Assembly (NCBI GenBank): GCA_964057225.1
Contig: OZ059895.1
Location: 8,990,001 to 9,054,000 of the forward strand
Length of the DNA: 64,000 bases
Direction: 5' to 3'
Source of the DNA: Auanema rhodensis
Taxonomy: Eukaryota; Animalia; Nematoda
The notes under the pieces are model-generated. The model did no database searches and had not been told where the DNA came from. It was given only the letters and a program-made list of their open reading frames with translations. Positions 57,070 to 64,000 of the stretch are shown piece by piece; position 1 is the first letter of the stretch; every line of letters starts with the position of its first letter. A program made the translations under genes and the position numbers.

Positions 57070-58852
57070 TTGAATAATAAAAAGAAGTAAGAAAATTTAA
57101 TTTTTATATTCATAACAGCAAACAAGAAAATAAAATCCCAGCTAGACCTCTGAAATGTGTCCTGCAGCGTTAACCCGCCCTTTAATTTTCGGTATACATA
57201 AGATACCAGTCATTGAGAACTAATTCCCGCCGGTTGTTGAGAGAACTTTGTTGATGCTATACATTTGTATACGGGCTTGAAGCCTATTTATCTACACTAT
57301 CTGTTTTTTAGTGTGATGTCTATCTTTTCTATTTTTCATGTTTTAAATTAACAGTTCATTTAAGAATGATAATATTTTATAGTCAATGAGGTTATGGTTT
57401 GGTGACATTTGTATTACATTTAAATACACTAAATTATTGATAGTGTCTCTTACATTCTGAATCCCTTTGCAAGCGAAAGTCGTTGTATAGTTCCTCAGTG
57501 TCTTAAAGTGGTAACTATACCCCTTCTACGGTTTTTTGAACATTTGAAAGACATTTATGGGTTTTTTTCATTTTTGAAGGTTGGGAAAATGATGTATACT
57601 AAAAAGGTTTGTCTAGCTGGAATCCACATCATTAAGATGTCACGCCATAAAATGCTGCTCTGCTGCTTATAGCACTATCATTTGAGTATTTGATGTCTCT
57701 CTGTGTCTTCGTATAGACTATCGGGTTAGATTACTCAGCTCTGAGTAGCTAAAGTCATTTCCACTTATTGACCCTTCTCTTCATTTAGTTAGTACTCTAC
57801 ATAACATCAAAAAAGGTATCAAGCTGTCTCATTGATTCTAGCCCCTTTGTGCTTTATATTGTATATTTAAAACATTGTCATGTTATAAACAAAGATGAAG
57901 CTAATTTTAGCACTTTTCCTTTCAGCAAAAGGAAAATGCGGGTTTAATACTATGTCGTTTTCTTCGGGGGCTTTTTATATGATTTGCCTTAGTGTGTGAC
58001 GCATGCAACTCAGCAGACTTTTCATCCAGCACAGCTTATTTCATGTCTCTCACTTCCCGTTTCTTGCTATTTCTATTCATGCGTCCTCACCACTCCTGTC
58101 TCTCACCAAAACATCATATTTTGGGTTCAGAATAGGAAGAGTGTAAACAAGTCAAAACAAACCTCTTACGATGAATTAGAATAGAAGATAAGGCTGTGTA
58201 TCCGTCTTTCACTAGCGTCATTAACTAAGGACATTGGATTTCGATTACATTTTCTTTTCTGTTGACTCGAAGCTCGAACGGAAACTTATGTTCGAACCCC
58301 GAAATGATCAGGCATATGTGTAGTTGATATAATTTCTGAATATCTTAATATCAATATTTTAATATATAACACAATGTAATCGTGGAATTAAATATCCCTC
58401 AACTTGAGAAGTTTAAGGATGTTTTTCATCAGAAGCCCTATAGGTTTTGAGTCAGATAAGAAAATCAATATTCTCTGCTCACTCACGTTTTCACATTTTC
58501 AGTATTTAGTCTAGACTCGACAAAGCTCCCTTTCCTTAATTAGGCACAGATGCACCACCAGATTTTAGCATTCAGAGTAGTGTTTTAAATTATTTTTATA
58601 CATATACAGTATTAAAATGTTGGCATATTTTTTCAACAGTACCGATATATCTGATCCCCTGACTCTTCCTTTTTTTAAATTTATCAATTTTCTAACTAAT
58701 GTATTGCGATTGATTAATTCCATGGGCTTAACTTTCTTATTAATAAATGAAAATTAATACAACCAGAATCTATTTATCCGTATATCACACGATGTTAGAA
58801 ACCCGAGAGAAAATTGAGCTATTGTGCTACTGGCATAAAAGAGGTGCTCGCA

Positions 58853-59309
58853 TTATGATTCATCTTCCTTTTCCTTCCAATCAGGGGTAGTATATCTAAA
58901 TAAAACATTTTCTTCTTTTTCATATGTTAACACACCTGTAATGAGAAATTCTCACAATTTGAGCAAATCCAGTTAGGAACACGAAGAAGTTAACGCTAGC
59001 TAAATAGTGATTAACAGGTCGAATCACAAAACAGTATCTGGTCCAAATAGCCCCAGTGGCGCACAGCGCACTATTCTAAAAATAAATATAGAAGAAATAT
59101 GATATAAACATAGCGAATATATTAAAATTTGAACAGAAAGTGAATTGCTTTGAAAGTACTCATGAAACACCCTTCACAATGTATGACTAAAAGCTCATAT
59201 GAAACATAGTATTTCCGAGCTAAGGAAACATCAATCTCACCAGAAGCTCGTACATAGTAGTTTTAACAAAAGATTATTTAAGAACCTGCATGAATATATA
59301 CATACACAT

Positions 59310-59347
<38 letters not shown>

Positions 59348-59827
59348 TAGAGAGATAGACAGAGGGAGAAAGAGAGAAAATACAAGAGTTCAGAGTACTG
59401 CTGTTTTATATAATACTTTGAATTGAACTCTAATGAATATTAAAGAAAGGATTGACACAAAAGCCTCCGCTTTCCAGAATATTATACCCGGAGGGTAAAA
59501 TTTTCTTTATAATCCATTATAAAGGGTAATAAAAATAAATTAAATGTGAATTATTTTTTATGGCTACCATACAAATAAAAATTATTTAGTTTCCAGAAGA
59601 AAAAACATTCCACAACTTACTTGATAAATACTCAGCTTGTCGGCTGGTCTAGCGAGATCAGCAAGTCCAGCAAAAATAAGAGACCATTTAATTGTGGGAG
59701 CCCAGAAAAAAACAGTTTTAGGTCCAGCTGGGTGGTTCCATGCTGGTTTAGCAAAAGCTGGCAGTAGTGGTAATACAACTTTATCACCAAGTGAGCACAA
59801 AGCACGATAGAGTGATTTATGGGGCAT
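58853..59827 (-). CDS. mpc-2: Mitochondrial pyruvate carrier 2, 3 exons
   Basis: WNHPAGPKTVFFWAPTIKW..AGLADLARPADKLS..Q|NSALCATGAIWTRYCFVIRPVNHYLASVNFF. Confidence 0.95.
59294..59378. repeat. Compound (CA)n(TA)n(GA)n microsatellite in mpc-2 intron 1
   Basis: atatatacatacacatacacacacacacatatatatatatatatatatatatattagagagatagacagagggagaaagagag. Confidence 0.85.
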
Positions 59828-60675
59828 CTGGAAATATAGCAAATTGTAGCAATAAGAATTAAATTGGTTTCTGATGGAAAAAGTAACATTTTAAAGTTTG
59901 CTATTATACATGAATAGAATTCATTCGAATTGCAGGATTTCTGTTTGTACAAAATGAGAAAAAAAAACAAGGAAAAGCCTAATAGTTATCCAAGGCATGA
60001 TATGTAAAAAAAACACCAAGGTTGACAGAAAAACAAAAAATAGCTATGGAATCAAAATAAAAGGAATGTAAACCAGCAATATAAATGTTCCAAAGAATAT
60101 ATAGTATATATAGAACCTTTATTTGCATAAAATAGATGAACCACAAAAAATTTAGCTTCACGAAATCCCCTGCTCTACTATTAGATCAATTAACCCTGCT
60201 TGGCAGGCTGGGCAATCGATGCGGACTAACGTATTCAGAGTCATTTCAACTCATCATGCACAGCTGCAAATAAGGTCCAAATGCAATCTTCATCTGTGGG
60301 AATCTGATAGAAAGTAAAAAAAAAGAACATTAGTCAATATTAACAAAAAGAGAAAAGAAGTTAATTATAAAGAAAGATGTCGATCACAGAAAAGCAGAGA
60401 AAAATTAATCAGAGGAAGAATAGTAAAGAGATGGAGGACACGAGTAAAATGATAAGTTGTAGACGGAGAGAATAGAACGCATATACATGTCTTTTCAAGA
60501 AAAAGCAGAAGATAAGAACAGATAGGTATCAGCAATTACACTAATGTACAACAAACCATTCACACACACTCACACAACCGAGAAGGACGGGCATTGCTAC
60601 ATCGACAAGAACAGACTAGAGGGTCGTGGGAAGAACAAGATTTGATCAGAACATCGAACGGATGCATCCAGGAGA

Positions 60676-61602
<927 letters not shown>

Positions 61603-63262
61603 CTAAAGAAATTATCATCAGTTTAGAAATCTTTATACTAATTTTTGTAGAATACTTAAGAATGAAACTTATAAGAAGAATTTTTCAATACTGAACATAA
61701 ACTAAACACAGAATCGATGCGAGAGACGGGCACTCTGGGCGTGTGACTAGGTTATCGATTCCACACGGCCAAATTTAAAGGACTATTCGCGACGGGACAC
61801 TGGATCTAAACAAAATTTATAAGATGCTTTCATGTCTATTTTTGTTTGATGTTCAACCTGTTTGCTTATGATAAACCAGACTTAGCATGGGAACATTTAA
61901 GTTAACAATAAAGTTTGACATCGTTCTGTACCCACACCTTCAACATTATAGAAAACATTCGTGGCACACATGTGGCAACGGGCAGTATACAAATTCTTTT
62001 CAGAAATTATAAATTTGTATTCTTAATTTCATTATATTACTAGGTTATCAAAAATTAAGAAGCTAAAAAGTATTGAAGTTAAATGGGTTAATATAATAAA
62101 CTTGCACTGATAAAAAGAACTAAAATCGACGATTGGCATGTGACCGAATGGGACCATATTATAGTTAAATAACAAATAGCATCACACAAATCATTAGTTA
62201 AAATAATAAATATAGAGTCTAAGAATCATAATATATTGCTTAAATCGAATTATGAAAACATTTAATCAATTACAAACAATGTATTAATTAAAATATTAAG
62301 CATTAGAGATATTTCTTTTGACAACCAAGATTTTTTTCTATTCTGCTCTGATTTTATCCCATGCATAATATAATAAATAATTAATGTTATATTAATGAAG
62401 AATTGCAATTTAGCTTATGGAAAATATCTATGTTGTATATTTGATAAAAACTAAATTTTCATTATGAAACAAAATATTAGTAAATACAAATATAAAAATG
62501 TAGCTAAAGAGAAATTTAAAAAATTCTATATTTGTCATCATTAATTTCAGAAACCTGTTACAATATTTCAATTCCCTATCTTTTCACTGTACTTCCTGAT
62601 AAACCGATTTTCTATGATAAAATATCATCATGTCTTGATAATATTAACAAGACGAGTTTTGAGAAATCTGCAGGAAACAAAAAAAGTACTAATATTATCC
62701 GATTCCAAAAAAATGGCATTTTGATTTAGTCAATTCCTATAGCTTTTTCAATCAGAACACTGCAGTAAAGTCCGAAAAATTCAAGAACAAATTGAGAACA
62801 ATGCTACTTTTTTTAATTGGAGTTCTTCAGCAAGAGTGTTGTTAAATTGAAAATATTACTGATACAATCAAAATACACCATCACATAAAGGTATATATCA
62901 AAGATCACAGAGCCTAAAGAGGTTCACAAATTACTTATCCCTGTCCCTAGTTACCCAAGTTTTGAAAGTTACCTTAATTGAATTTTACCGATCTCAATGA
63001 ACTTCGTATCACTTTCATCATTATCATTCTTCAATCTCTCGTTTCTATCCCTTGATAGAATTTCACTTCTATCCTGCTATTTTTGGTCCATCGATGCACT
63101 TTCGCAATACCCGCTAAATAAAACTAATGATTTTCCATAAGAAGGATCACTTCTTATCCTCAACCCAGTTGGCATTTAGTGTTCGCTGCTTATTTCTTTA
63201 GTGTGTTGTTGTTTTAAAGCTGAGTTCCTTTAATTTAGAAAAGAGTCTCCAGTTCTCTTAAA

Positions 63263-64000
63263 ATGATTATCAAGAAAAGCTTCAACGAGTCAGAAGAAAT
63301 CGTAGTATCCAAAAAAGAAGTTAGTGTCTCAAAAGTTATATTTCATGTTTATTTCACATTTGATGATTCTTAATATTCCTTTAATAACTTTTAATAAAAA
63401 TTTTCTTTTTCAGAAATATAAGAGATTTTTTATATTTCGGACTTTGTTTTATAATATCATATGTTTTCCAGTTGAGACGATTTGTCCTTGATTGCTTGCG
63501 AAAAGTAAAATGTTCCGATGATCATGCTCAGCAATTAGCAGATATTCTTATTTGTTCTGATTACAGGTTTGCTTCTTTTCATTTCTCTCATTCAACATTT
63601 AAATAGGGGCCATTATTCCCACGGTTTGAATAGACTTCATATATATGTTCGGGATTTGGCAGAGAGATCAACTGATCCAGAAGGTAGATAAATCATAAAT
63701 TATATTTTTGAGCTATAACATACAGCATGAACTAATGATTCGTAGTCTAGAAACTGTTTGATTTTTCAGGTGAACCTCAAATAATAAAAGAAAAATCGTC
63801 CACTGCTTGGGTGGATGGTAAAAATCTTCTAGGACCGGTAGTGGGAAATTATTGCATTCGTCTTGCTGTACAAAAGGTTACTAAGTTCATTTTCATTCTT
63901 AATTGAGACATCTTTAGGCTCGAGAACATGGGATTGGATGGGTTGTTGCTCGTAATTCGAATCATTTTGGTATTGCTGGATGGTATGCCGAATACGCCAT
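63263..64000 (+). CDS. Ldh_2 (malate/L-lactate/sulfolactate dehydrogenase, AllD/ComC family) oxidoreductase, 3' truncated by window
   Basis: LICSDYR|GHYSHGLNRL..Y, AWVDGKNLLGPVVG, A...GIGWVVARNSNHFGIAGWY. Confidence 0.9.

Noticed and set aside
58288-58300. GTTCGAACCC resembling a tRNA T-loop/B-box
   Set aside because: No acceptor, D or anticodon stems can be folded around it
60235-60304. Acceptor plus short ORF (IPTDEDCIW..) and ATGATGA/CTGA boxes downstream of rab-2
   Set aside because: No prenylation motif for an alternative Rab tail; boxes too close together with no terminal stem for a C/D snoRNA
63263-64000. Bacterial-like Ldh_2 enzyme as a recent horizontal transfer or contaminant
   Set aside because: It has host-type short introns and composition, and the family already occurs in nematodes and other invertebrates

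Overview
Eukaryotic DNA: a compact, AT-rich rhabditid (clade V-type) nematode region with about 22 intron-rich protein-coding genes. Introns are mostly 35-55 nt, so the ORF track shows only exon fragments; gene models below were spliced by hand. Genes in order: neurexin/CASPR-like receptor (5' truncated), NAA38/LSMD1, cyclin B, MTMR10/11/12-type pseudophosphatase, csk-1, PHACTR, NMNAT, rab-5, an E2 at the uev-3 position, a secreted LRP-like protein, asp-2-like protease, CK1/TTBK kinase, EB/Kunitz/lustrin protein, NRBP (hpo-11), fecl-1, crml-1, dli-1, hsb-1, eak-7, nuo-2, a 2xKH protein, mpc-2, unc-108/rab-2 and an Ldh_2-family dehydrogenase (3' truncated). Several pairs look like trans-spliced operons. 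Most interesting: (1) a GC-rich exon that can be both the last NRBP exon and the first exon of the Kunitz gene, with a TAG only 12 nt upstream of, and in frame with, the next ATG; (2) candidate microexons and a poison exon (18 nt in csk-1 with RBFOX/CELF motifs, 3 nt in NRBP, 45 nt with a stop in mpc-2); (3) a catalytically intact E2 where C. elegans has the dead variant uev-3; (4) a dead ferrochelatase that keeps all four [2Fe-2S] ligands. No prokaryotic systems, CRISPR arrays, tRNA/rRNA or transposons were found. Comparisons with C. elegans and human orthologues are from recall, not database searches.
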